DNA of 64,000 bases from Callorhinchus milii (taxonomy: Eukaryota), in NCBI RefSeq assembly GCF_018977255.1, contig NW_024704742.1, positions 106,022,001-106,086,000 of the forward strand. Reading direction: 5' to 3'. The first letter of the stretch is position 1. The number at the start of each line of letters is the position of its first letter. Under the pieces are notes generated by a model. The model had not been told where the DNA came from. It ran no database searches and saw only the letters and a program-made list of their open reading frames with translations. Positions 13,000-24,965 of this stretch are shown here, piece after piece. The position numbers and the translations under genes were made by a program.

Positions 13000-13145
13000 G
13001 GGGGGAAATGATCAGGGTGAGGGGAGGGAAGGGAGGGAGCGAGGAGGGGGGAAATGGTCAGGGTGAGGGGAGGGAAGGGAGGGAGCGAGGAGGGGGGAAA
13101 TGGTCAGGGTGAGGGGAGGGAAGGGAGGGAGCGAGGAGGGGAAGA
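13000..13145 (-). repeat. 46-nt tandem repeat (3 units) at the L2 ORF2/3'UTR boundary
   Basis: TCAGGGTGAGGGGAGGGAAGGGAGGGAGCGAGGAGGGG recurs at 13012, 13058 and 13104 on +. Confidence 0.95.
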
Positions 13146-15720
13146 GAGTCGAGAGGGGAGCTGAAGGCACGGTCAAAGAGAAAGGTTTTGAGACCGGCCT
13201 TGAAGGAGGAAAGGGAGGAAGCGGCGAAGGCACTGGGGGATAGAGTTCCAGAGCCTGGGGCTGAGAGGCTGAAGGCCCGACCACCGATGGTAGGGCGGTT
13301 GGGGCGGGGGACGTGGAGCAGACCGGAGCCAGAGGAACGGAGGGTACGGGCAGGTAGGTAGGGGGATAGTAGGTTGGAGAGGTAGGAGGGAGCAAGGCCG
13401 TGAATGGCCTTGTAGGTGAGGATGAGGATCTTGAAATCAATCCTCTGGGGGATGGGGAGCCAGTGGAGGCGAGCGAGGGTGGGAGTGATGTGGTCCCGAA
13501 GCCTGGTGCGGGACAGTACACGAGCTGCAGAGTTCTGAATGACCTGCAGCTTGTGGAGGGAGGTGGCGGGAAGGCCGGCGAGGAGAGAGTTCCCATAGTC
13601 CAGCCTTGAGGTGACAAAGGCGTGAACCAGGGTTTCAGCAGCGTGAGGGGTGAGGTAATGCCGTAGTCTGGCGATGTTCCGGAGGTGATGGAAGGCGGTG
13701 CCAGTTGTGGTGCGGATGTGAGGGAGAAAGGACAGCTCAGGGTCGAACAAAACGCCGAGGTTCCTGACTGGCTTTGAGAGGTGGAGAGTGCAGCCTTGGA
13801 TGCTGATGGTGTCAGCGCCTGAGGTGCGGAGGCGCTGACGTGAGCCAATCAGGAGGGCCTCGGTTTTTCGCACGTTGAGCTGAAGAAAGTTGTCTCTCGT
13901 CCAGGACTCGATGTCGGACAGGCAGCTGTCAGGACATCGGTGGTCGTGGAGTTGAGAGTAGAGGAGGAAAGGTAGAGTTGGGTGTCATCCGCATACATGT
14001 GGAAGTTAACTCCATGTCTGCGGATGATGTCACCGAGGGGGAGCATATAGAGGGTGAAGAGGAGGGGACCGAGGACAGAGCCCTGAGGGACACCACATGA
14101 GACAGTACGGGGGGTGGAGGAGAAGCCATTCGTCGAGACAAAGTGAAGACGGTGAGAAAGGTACGACCTAAACCATTCAAGGACAGTGCCTTGAAGGTTG
14201 AGGTGGGAGGACAAGCGGTGGAGTAGGATAGCGTGGTCGACCGTATCGAATGCTGCCGATAGGTCGAGGAGGACGAGGAGACAGAGGGAGCCCTGGTCAC
14301 AGATGGTCAGGATATCATTGGTGACCTTGACCAGGGCAGTTTCTGTGCTATGGGCAGCACGGAAACCTGACTGAAGGGGTTCGAAAAGAGAATGGGTGGA
14401 AAGGAAAGAGCGCAGTTGGGAGGCGACAACTCTTTCCAAGACCTTGGAGAGAAAGGGGAGGTTGGAGATGGGCCGGTAGCTTGATAGCTGCGACGCATCA
14501 AGGGAGGGTTTTTTCAGGGTGGGCGTGATGATGGCAGTTTTTAATGGAATGGGGACAGAGCCAGAGGAGAGGGACAGGTTGATGATGTCAGTGATATGTG
14601 GGGCAAGAAAGTGGAGCTGGGAGATAAGGAGTGGAGTGGGGATGGGGTCAAGGGAGCAGGTGGTTGGTTTTAGGGATAGGATGAGTTCAGTGACAGAGGG
14701 TGGGGAAACGGGTACGAAGGTGTGTAGGGGAGGATGGGTAGGAGTCGGAGTGTGGGAGGGAAGGGGTGGGTGGTGGGTGGAAGTTGGAGGGGAAGTGACC
14801 GCGGAGCGGATTCCCTTGATCTTGGATTCAAGGAAATCCAGCATCTCCTCGCAGTGAAGGTTGGAGGAGATGACCTGCGCGGGGTGGCGGGGGGACGGAG
14901 GAGTCGGGTTGTGGTGGAAAACAGTAGCCTGGGGTTGTTCTTCGCCTCCAGGATTATCCTGGAGTAGAAGGACGACTTGGCCGAGGCTAGAGTGGAGCGG
15001 TAAATTTTGAGGAGGTCCAGCCAGATTTGTCGGTGGACCGTTAGGCCAGATTTGACACAGGTGCGTTCAGCAGCCCGCACCTGGCTTTTCAGTGAGCGGA
15101 GGTGGGTGGTGTACCAGGGGGAGGAGCGGGAGTAGGAGACAGTGCGGGAAGTGATGGGGGCAAGAGTATCGAGTGTGGAGGAGAGGGTATTGTGGAGGAG
15201 GGAGAGAGGAGAAGAGGGGTCGGTGAGGGTTGAAGGCCAGAGGGAGAGGAGTTCAGAGGACTCCAAGGCATCGGTTAGGGATTGTGGGGGTAACTTCTTC
15301 CAAGGGCGGTAGAAGATGGTGGTGGGTCTGGTGGAGGTGGGGAGGGGGGTGGAGGTGGTGAAGGAGATGAAGTAGTGGTCAGAGATGGCCTTGTCGGTAA
15401 TAGTGACATCCGAGACACTGAGGCCCCGGGTGATCACCAAATCGAGTGGGTGGCCGTGACTGTGAGTGGGGGAGTTTATGTGTAAGGAGAGGTTGAGTGA
15501 GGAGAGCAGGGAAGAGAAGTCTGTGGAGATGGAGCAGGAGGGTGTGAAGTGTAGGTTAAAGTCGCCCAGGATGATGAGGCGATCGGAGCAGAGGCAAAGA
15601 GATGTGAGGAGTGTTGAAATGTCAGAGATGAAGGTGGGAGAGGTTTTAGGGGGCCGGTAGAGGAGGAGGATTTTAAGGGAGAGGAATGAGGGGTGGGAGA
15701 GGGTGAGGTGCTCAAAGGAT
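13058..15720 (-). pseudogene. L2 ORF2 (EN-RT) reading frame broken only by small indels (~14880, ~13925, ~13255/13225)
   Basis: Motif order is continuous across three overlapping ORFs; no in-frame stop seen in the reconstructed frame; the N-terminus of EN is missing. Confidence 0.9.
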
Positions 15721-17067
15721 TCAGATAGATCAAAGCATCTAAATTTTGGTAAGCATAGGTGTCTGACCTGTATTTGCACTCATAATTTTTGCACATAATA
15801 ACCTGACAGTACTTGCTGCTATAGAGGGCTGAATTCTTTATGAGATATTGACAAGCGATAGTTCTTTTGTGGGATCCTTTGATGATAAGGCTCTCCTCAC
15901 TCAACAGACTCAACACGGCATTTGAGTGGAGTGCTTGGAAGTTGTTGGAAATTGTAAGAAAGGTGAAAAAAAGCACAGCCATAAATGTGGCCAAGTGGGA
16001 AAGTAGAAGATATGAAATTCCTATCTCTTCATGAGCACTCTTTTCTTTAGAAAAATATGATTTTATTGTTTTTGTGAGTATTTTCGAAACTTCTCATTTA
16101 TCAGCGTGCTCAAGTGCTGAAAACATATTAATATCCTGTATGTAGGAATGCTGCGATTTCCCTACTTGAATTTTATAGAGCCTTAGTAGTCTCTAACAAG
16201 TTGTGAATGGTGATTGCATGTCGGTTGTAGAAGTTTTTATGTAGCTATGTTAATACATCTTGAAAGTGCAGGTCAAGTGCTTCCGGAGTCTTTTCATGAA
16301 TGTACAGCAGGCGCGGAGACAAGATGTCTCACTATTGATTAAAAACTACCATGTGATCCTACAAGCAATCTTTCTGCCTGCACAAAAGGATGTTGCGCTG
16401 TTCTTGTTCGTGACCCCTGAAACACAAATAGCTTTTGGAAAGAATGCAGCTTGATAAAAGGGGAAATGGCCACCAAAAATCAGTAGATTAATGGATTCTT
16501 CAGATCATTTATCATGTCTTCTTGTGAGATATATAGGTTATGCAGTGACAAATTAACTTTGTTTTTCAAGACTTATTGTCTGAGCCTCTTTCTGTGAGCA
16601 CACAGTCTGCTGAAGACAGTTTCATTTCCAAAGGCCAAAAGGCAAAATCCAATCAAATAAATCCTGCTGGCTAACTTCCTATTGTTTGACATAATTATTC
16701 TCTTTTTAAACCCTGTGTGGAAAACTAAGGGTTTTATTGTGTTTGTCTTAATTCACTTTAAAACAATCTACATTTTTATAAGCTTTCTTACTGCCTTGTG
16801 GAGAATATCTTGAACTGGATTAATCAACATCCTGAGGACTAGAAGGAACAGATTTGATTTGGAAGAAGAAATTTTCAGTACTTTAAAACAAATCGCTTCA
16901 AACCATTTTTGTGAATTCACTTCCCTGTCTGCTTTGGAAAGCGATCGATGAGCAGGCTAGAAAACACACTTTAGAAAGCTGGCCATTTGGACCATTGACA
17001 CAGTTTAGCCTTTTTATTAGTTTGTGGTTGCTATTTAGGGTCAATGTTGTGCTATTTGGTAACAGAT

Positions 17068-17358
17068 TTATAATAATAATAGTACTTACATTTAATATCA
17101 CACCTTTCTCATTGGGAAGATATCCCAAAGGTTCACAGGATTTACTGTAAAGTGTGCCTTGTGGGCTAACTGGGCAATCAATTTTGTGCAGAGCAATGTC
17201 CCACATGAAGTGAATGACCAATTTTATTTGGGGTTTGTTGGCCAGGACACTGGCTAGAAACTTCCTTCTATTTTCAAATAAGCCCGGGATCTTCAACGTC
17301 CACCTGAACTGGTAGACAGGACCTCAGTTGAACCTTTCATCCGACGGATGGCACCTTC
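17068..17358 (-). mobile_element. DeuSINE 3' two-thirds
   Basis: GGGATCTTCAACGTCCACCTGAA and TTGGCCAGGACAC motifs; (AAT)n tail. Confidence 0.8.
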
Positions 17359-19544
17359 GTTACAAATGGATTGAAACAGATTCCTTTCTTGGCTGAGGAT
17401 GTTTCACAGATTTTCATTATAAATATTTAAATAGTGTTGCATTTTGCTTCAAAAAATATTTTTAAAAATCAAAATAATTTTTTCAAAATTATCTTCACTA
17501 CAAGAGCTATTACTTAGAGGCTAATGAAAGAATTGTCCTATCTTTGAGATAACAGTTAAAATATGTTATTATTTTAATAACATATTTGCAGGCGTCAGAG
17601 AGGAAAACAAACTGAAAGTAGCTACAATATAATTTACATTTGCATATCGCCATTCACATCAGGAGGATGTCTCAAAGCGCTTGACATTGTTGGCTGGGGA
17701 ATCATGAGGATATTCTATGACTAGCCACAAAATAAAAGCATCAGCTGATCACATGGGGTAAAGGGTAGGCATTCTTTGATTGATGTTTCAGATGTCAATT
17801 TCACCTCTTTTTGATCCCGAGGGCACACTCAGCAACGTGGGCAATTTTACAGTCAAATTGATGATTTTAGCTGTTTTATTTGCTACTTCCTGAAACTTGT
17901 GAATTCCTACAGCCCTGCATTACTGGCTCCAACTTCCAGTGACTGCAGAAAGATCACAATCGATGAACAATTGTTTTAAAGCTGTGGTCTGCTTCTACTT
18001 GGCTGGCATGTGTGCCTTGCCTGTTGTCTAATGAATGTCTGAACAGCTCTGGAGGCAGCTGCAAAGTCCATCTCTTTTGTTGTTCTGCACAGCCTTTGGC
18101 AGGAGCAGGAGCATTGTGCATTTGCATTGTGTGTTTCCTCTGACATTAACATCAAAACCTAAAACATAGATGCAGCGTAAAACCAAAGGTGCAAATATTT
18201 GCTGTGGTGTTTTGCCTGTTTCACCAGCGAAGAGCATGGGGAATTTTTCTTGCAGTCATTTTTTGTTTCATTCCACAGGTTAGTCTGTTTAAATTTATTT
18301 GTAACTCCATGAACCATGATCTCCATTTGGTCCCTGAGTGCAATATTGCTTCTTCCTCATATTCTCATCAATATAAACAGTAGGTAGCTTGACTGGGACC
18401 ATTAGCTCAGTAGGACGTCATTGCTGAAAAAGTTATTATGGCTCTCTTTTTTTTAGGTTAGGTCAGAAGTTCAAGGAGAGAACATTTTACATTAATCATG
18501 ATGAAGTATGTTGAATAACCCACACTGCAACCATAATTGTATCACTAGTAAGGCTCGCAAACAAGCAGAGGTTAAGAAGCAGCGTGCAGACTCCAAATGA
18601 GGAATTGGAAAGTGACTCTCAGTCTGGAGTCTCCAACTGCCTTCGAGTGGCATTCATTAAGAGTAAGTCAGCGTGAGTATGCTTCACTTAATTATACACT
18701 TTAATACAGTTAGCAAATGATGAATAATACTGTCTTTCTCAACATTTAAACAGCCTCAGAAGAGGAATCCAAGGAAAGTGCAATCTGTAAGATTCAATTC
18801 TAAAATTGTTTTCAGGGAGCCCTAATAGGACAGTGCTAGCATGAGACTGTTAACCTCAAGAGTTTTACTAACAGCAGGAAAGCAGGGACTGGCAATAATC
18901 CTACATGGTTTCAATGATACATAATACTTCAGTGTAACTTTAGGTCCTGAAAATTGGTGTCCTGGAGTATTTATCAATACATTCTGTCCTTCTAAACAAG
19001 AAACTTTTGTCAAGAGTATCTTCTGAAAGCAGATAACATTCAAGTAAATGTATGTGGTTCTGACCAAAAGTCACTTCTCATCATGTCTCTGGCACTGTGG
19101 AAAGTAGAAAGGTGCTTCCTGAGAAAAGAACGAACAGTCCCTCTTTCACATGATCACTCTGGTGTTTTGTTTATTTGGTCACGTACTCTTTGTTATGGAG
19201 TCTGTTCTCGTGAATCAAATTATCTTTATTTTCTCTCCAGCACGGCATTGAATTTGTAAATAATACACTTTATCTATTTACACAATCTAATATGCAAGGA
19301 AATATGTAATGAATTGACGAGAGCACAGTTATTTACAATAAGTGATTACTCTTTCACCCCATTTAATTCAATACCACTGTAATGATTGTGTGCATCTTTA
19401 GGACTGCACCTTTGAATCTCAGATTAGTCAAAAATAAATTTTGAGATGAAAAAGGCTGGGTCAAAATTCCAATACATTGCAAGATTTAAAGGGTTTTCAA
19501 GTTAAAAGAGTGATTTTTGTTTCACGTCAGAATGTTAAATCTGA

Positions 19545-20105
19545 TAAATTCTGAATGAGCCCCAGGAAGTGTTGGAATTGAATGTCAAAAGAGCAGCAAA
19601 TCAGAATGATGCTCCAGAACCACCCACAGTTTGGGTATGACTACCACAACAAGGTTATTATTGCTTCTGGACAATCACTGGACCCTGATTCACATCGTGT
19701 ATGCGATCCACCATCCTCTGAACTCTCGGGAAGCTAGCGAGCATGTCATTTTTTGTTACTGTTTGTTCTCACTGAGTGAATCCACATTTGTTCCACTTAT
19801 ATACTGTCAGGTTCAACTGCACAGTTACTGTTTAACGGACCACAAATTGACTGACTCTCTCCATGTCTCTCCCCCACCCCCCGAACTTGGAAAGGAGTCT
19901 GTAGTGACTGTTGAAGTTAAAGGCGACTGTTAATTTGAGGTCCGTTGATAGCATCGTCCAGACTCCATTTGAAGGTAGCATGGCTGGCCTAATAAGATCT
20001 TCCAAATCCCTCATGGCATCCCTTGGCAAGCACAGCTGGCATGTATGTTCCTCCTCTGGCATTTCCTGGAAGTTCCTGTCACTACAGGATATTTAAGGTG
20101 GCCTC
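19545..20105 (-). pseudogene. Harbinger transposase fossil (HTH to the second catalytic Asp region)
   Basis: ORF 19832-20062 reads MPEEE..L.L.RD....L.DLIRP...STDLKLTVAFNF..VSQFVV; downstream LASFPRVQRMVDRIH resembles IAGFPRVQGAIDCTH. Confidence 0.8.
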
Positions 20106-20974
20106 TAGTGTCTTTCCCCTGGGAATGAGTTGCTGATGAAGGTTCTACGTGTGAACAACATGCCTCCTCTCCCTATCAGCCTCTGCGGTGATATGTGCAA
20201 GACAAACCCTCTTTGCCTGATTATTAACTATCTTCTTTGGGAACGGAGGGAAGTAAGTGTGATACACAAGACAGAGTAGGCAGCTTGTCCTCCCATGAGG
20301 AGGTAGTCAGGTATTGACAAACCAGCAATGATCAGAGAATTAAACCTTTGTGGAAGTGGTGCTCATGAAATAATGAGGTACTCCAGTCTGAATGGCATGC
20401 GATTTCTTGTACTTATTTACTATTTAGCAAAATATCAAAATCATATCATTATTTCCATGCTTCTTTTCTCAGTGTATTTTTATTCATGGAAATATGCAGC
20501 AAAGTCATCAATAAATTAAAAGTACAAACGTGTGCGCAATTAGCTGTCACAAAATACAGTCAAACCACTTTACTATGCATTCTGTAAAGCCCTTTGAGAC
20601 ATTTCAATGACATGATAAGATGCTATATCAAATGCAAGGTTTATTATTATTATTATAGGTACCTCTGTAATGTGCAGAATAAATCAGATTGTGCGGTATG
20701 GTTGGTTTCTTGTGATTCAGGAATTGAAAATGACCACTGGTTGCCATCACTGATATTTCGCATTCAGTTTCCACATCTCCCCTTCAGCGCAAAACCCGCT
20801 GCCTATGGAAGGCTAACCATTGATGCTTGATCATTTGTACTGTGGCAAGTCACAAGGAGAGGTACATAAAAATCAGGACCATGAGAGCAGAATGGACTAC
20901 ACAGACAGATGATGGAAGTCGATTGTGAAAACAAATACAAGAAGGAATTAGACAGTGGAATACAGTGATATAGG

Positions 20975-21108
20975 AGAGGGGAATAGAGGGATATAGGAGA
21001 GGGAAGGCAGGAGGGTTGGGGGATTTGTGTGAAGTGTAAACATCAGCACGGACTAGTTGGGCCAAAAGGCCTGTTTCCATGCTGTATCATTCTATGTAAT
21101 TCTATATA
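20975..21108 (+). mobile_element. CR1-type 3' end
   Basis: TTGGGCCAAAAGGCCTGTTTCCATGCTGTATCATTCTATG. Confidence 0.8.
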
Positions 21109-21514
21109 ACTACAGGACAAGCCTGATATGACATGGTCACCTGAGTCCAATGTTCCAGTTACCGCGTTATAACGAAACAAAGAAACATGTATCACTAACA
21201 GTGTATTTGATCAGTGATGACAGGTCGGAGCTCATTGCAGATCCACATGGTACCTGCTTTATAAGTGAACCCATCTTACAAGGTGGGTTATAAGTTTGTG
21301 TTTCCCTGAATCTGGTGAAAAAATAATTTGAGTAGTGTAAGAAACAGAGTAACATAGGATTGTTATTCAAATTTACTTTGCAGGCAGCCAGGTGGAACAC
21401 AATAGTCTTTTCCACTCCTGTACATTCTAATATTACTATGCCAGATGGTGGCAACGTCTGGTTAACAGGTTATGTGACTGTAGAATCCAATCTGTTCAAT
21501 TGTTTCTCAGGATG

Positions 21515-21549
<35 letters not shown>

Positions 21550-22926
21550 GTATGCATTGTGCATGTCCAGAATTCTAAATTGATAGAAAGATAATACAGT
21601 ATTAGGTTGAAAAGCCTTGGTGAGAAGGTCACTCCACAGCATATATAATAATCCTTGATTTGATATAGCGCCTTATCACAGGCTTTGAAATGTCTAGAAG
21701 ACGTGAAAAGCGCTATATCAAATGCAAGGATTATTATTATTATATCTCATCGGAGAGTACGTTTGCTTAAATTCCAAATGGTACAGGATTGCTTTGAAAG
21801 TGGGATGTGCTACCCAAAACATTCTCAGTTTCTAACATACAGCGGATAAATAACTATACAATAAAAAGCTCAATCTATTGTTTGAATATTGACTTGCCAT
21901 CACTGCGCAGTGGTTTTATTATTCCAGCACAGATATACTGTTGCAGTGATACACTAAGGCCAAGAATGGTAAATGATCCCGAGGAACCATTGCTACTTCT
22001 ACATTGCTTCAAACTGCTTCGATTTCAGCTATGTTTTATTCCCTTGGTCATCACTTTTAACCTTTAGTTTATTTTTTCATGCCCTGATGGAGTGAGCTGT
22101 AAAAAAGATGAAAGGGGCCAAATAGCTTTGCATTAAAACTACTGTCAAGTAAAACAAATTAGGCTGAACACCATGTAGAGAAAACTTTTCATTTGTCAAG
22201 CGTGAGAAAATTCATACCCAAAACACACAAAAGCATTGTTCTTCCTCTATTCACTTGCTTGTTAGTGCCTTCACTATCATGTGGAAGAGATATGATGACA
22301 AGTGCCTTAATAAAAGCTTCTATCCACATCTACCCTTGCTACAGCTGAGATTATTTCATAAAAAATGAGTAATTCAGCTCACCATGCAGCCTTTTGATAA
22401 GAAACACTAATAAATCTCTTCCCTAAATGGATAATTTTGACATCTACAATAAAAAAAAGTTTTGGTTAAAGAGGGTGCATGATTGACACCATGGTAGGAA
22501 GCCTTTTTTGTGCCTCCTGGCTGTGACTATGTTTACACTATTGCTAATAATGACCTGGGTTTGCCATCCATTGTTGCCTGGTTGCTGCTGTTTTAGACAA
22601 CCTTACATAACGAGTCAAAATCATGTCTTTAAAAATATGGAAATTGCTTCCCCTTTCAGAGCTATGTTTGCTGCTTCACTCTGTGTTCTTCCTGTGCTGA
22701 CTGTTATTTCCTGAATGAGAAAGGCAGGCAGGTGATTTGTTTATATGCCAATCAATTGTTATGTGGCCTGGTTTGACTCACCGTGAATTGGACTTGCTGC
22801 CTTTGAAGAGACACTTAGCCTCTCCTTAAACAGCATAGAGGAGATAAGGACCTATCCATGTGGGGCATTGCTGTTGTGAGGGGCACCCTCTTGTTCTGTG
22901 GTTCAGTATCACATATTTTTGCAATC

Positions 22927-23178
22927 ATAATAATAATCCTTGTATTTGATATAGTGCCTTATAATGTCATTGAGATGTATTAAAGCGCTTCACAGAATAT
23001 ATTGTAAAGTGTATTGACTCTGTATTTTGTGGGTGAAACACAGCAGCTAAGTGTGCACAGCAGTGTCGCACAAACAGTTGTGAATTAAGTGACCATTTTT
23101 TTTATTTATTGATTAATTTTTTTGGAGGAATTATTACCCCGGAAAGCGATCTACCAATCGACTAACAACTGGGTCCCT
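22927..23178 (-). mobile_element. SINE variant with short non-canonical head (GGGACCC..GTTAGTCGATTGGTAGATCGCTTT)
   Basis: The same head occurs at 38105 and 39572, attached to the common 3' half and (ATT)n tail. Confidence 0.82.
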
Positions 23179-23869
23179 ATTTATTACTAGTTAACCAGAG
23201 GCAGGTGGACTAAGGAAACCTGCTTAAAAATTGCCCCATCCAGAATCCAACCCGGGTGCTCTTGCTTCCGAGACGACTCCGTGTATCATACTGTTCACGC
23301 CTTGGAAATTTGGGGATGCAATTTATTGTGTTGAAAAATGGTTGGAGATAAGAACAAGTCAAGCGAGCTGGAGATCCAATGACTATCTGGTTTCTCAACA
23401 CAGTGATTGACCAGAGAGCTGGTGGAGGCGATGGTCCAATTGATTCCCTCCTATTTATTATTAGGTTGCTTTTTACATGTGATAATTAGCACTACCGATG
23501 TTAATGAGCACATCACATATTATAAATTTCACCCCTTTAAATGAGGTTTGCAGTACAAAATCGCTCAGTTATTCACACATCTAATATTCCTGGATTAAAA
23601 TCGTATAATTCAATGGCAATTGTTCTAGTTCTGTTGATATATGTTTTACTCAGTAATGTGAATGAAGTTGAAAATAGAACTATTGCTTTTTAACTTGACA
23701 TGCTCTTAGATCAATGTGTGACATTACAAGTCTTTCCAAATGTTAAACCTGATATTTTATAGAATTATAGAAATTTATAGCAGAAAAGAAGGCCAGTCAG
23801 GCCATCTTTCTCTTTTAATAGCAATCCTTTCAGTCCCATTTACCTGCCCTTTCCCATATCCCTGTGATA

Positions 23870-24260
23870 GTGTCAGTTGGTAACATTTCTGCATTTGGGT
23901 CTGAAAATTATGGGCTTTGGTTGGGTATTTCAGTTCAAAATCTCAGTTGACCCTCTAGTGCAGTGTTGGGGCAGTACTGCATCATGAGAAATGCAGATGA
24001 TGTGTTATACCAAGGTTTTATCTGTCTGTTCAGTGAATGTTTAAAGATGCCATGACACCATTCAAGAAGAGAATGTCAATTGTTCAAAAATCCTCAAAAT
24101 ATATTGATTATTCATTTCATGGCTGCTTTCTGCGATTGCCATGTGCAAATTGGCTGTCATGTACGCCTACAAATACAGCACTAACATTACAGTGATTACC
24201 TGTGAAGCGCTTTGAGATATTTCCACACAGTGGGCATTGCATCAGGTGCAGGTATTATGC
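23870..24260 (+). mobile_element. Decayed DeuSINE
   Basis: CAGTTGGTAACA head; AAAGATGCCATGACAC core; TGTGCAAATTGGCTG; GTGAAGCGCTTTGAG. Confidence 0.75.
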
Positions 24261-24769
24261 ATAGTTGTTGGTTGAAGCAGTTACAGCTCGCTGTAAGATA
24301 AAGTATAATTCTCACAATTTGTAAAGAATATCAGTAATTTTCAGCTGTATGTTGTCTTGCTGAGTCTAAAATTGAACAGTTACAGACGTGCTTCTATTTT
24401 TCTGTCACTGCTATCAATCAAATTAAAGGCAAATCTTGAGGGTTTAACTGCTTCACTGTCTTAACGTTTCAGGGCTGAAAATATGAAGAAAGGCAAAATT
24501 GCTTACAAAATACAGTTGTGACACTTTACAGTATATCCTATGAAGCTCTTTGAGACAACCTTCTGACATGAAAGGTTTAACCAACATTAGCTACTCATCA
24601 AGGTTTTTGAATATAAAATGAAGGATTAGCAGCTAAGTGAAAGATCACTCAGAATCAGAATAGGTTTTAGTTGTATTGGATCATATTACCTCAAAGTGCT
24701 TTACAGATAATTATTGTCTTGCGTAGTGGCTGTATTTATAAACAATATTTTTTATAAAGTTGTTGTTTA

Positions 24770-24965
24770 GACGAGAGGTTAATCCTTCTTTAGTTTAGTT
24801 CAGGTGGATATCAAAGATCCCATGGAATTATTGAAAACGGGAAGGGAGTTTCCCCCAGTGTCTTGGCCAACAATTCTCCAAATCCTCAAAATAGAATAAT
24901 CATTCACATTATGGCTGTTTGTGGGGCATTGCTGTGTGCAAACTGTCTGCTGTATTCGCTTACAA
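24770..24965 (+). mobile_element. DeuSINE core fragment
   Basis: CAGGTGGATATCAAAGATCCCATGG..GTGTCTTGGCCAAC. Confidence 0.75.

Larger units (their letters stand above)
12904..15720 (-). mobile_element. Young L2-clade LINE, 5'-truncated within ORF2 (APE endonuclease + reverse transcriptase), with 3' VNTR, stem-loop and (TTG)n tail
   Basis: Overlapping ORFs 14670-15779, 13849-14844 and 13058-13873. EN motifs: LLYRPP, ILGDFNLH, PTHSHGHPLDLVIT, SDHYFI. RT motifs: [65 protein letters not shown]2-type C-terminus: LVHAFVTSRLDYGNSLL..HITP.L..LHWLPI. (CAA)n on + at 12904-12923; GATTCA flanks both ends (12900-12905, 15718-15723). Confidence 0.97.

Noticed and set aside
13012..13848. 278-aa Ser/Pro-rich ORF (and 40428-41072, plus antisense ORFs in L2)
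   Set aside because: Alternative frames of C-rich L2 ORF2; no independent protein signature.
15721..15994. N-terminal extensions of ORFs 14670-15779 and 15476-15994 as L2 ORF1 or ORF2 start
   Set aside because: Composition switches to AT-rich flank at ~15721 and the candidate TSD lies there, so the element is 5'-truncated.
16240..16435. Minus-strand acceptor TATTTGTGTTTCAG as a coding exon
   Set aside because: All three frames stop within ~80 nt and no protein is recognisable; a non-coding exon cannot be excluded.
17953..17990. ITIDEQLF peptide resembling a piggyBac catalytic motif
   Set aside because: Followed immediately by a stop, and no neighbouring piggyBac motifs were found; could be chance.
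21209..21312. C/D box snoRNA-like GTGATGA...CTGA
   Set aside because: Only a 3-bp terminal stem and no recognisable rRNA guide.
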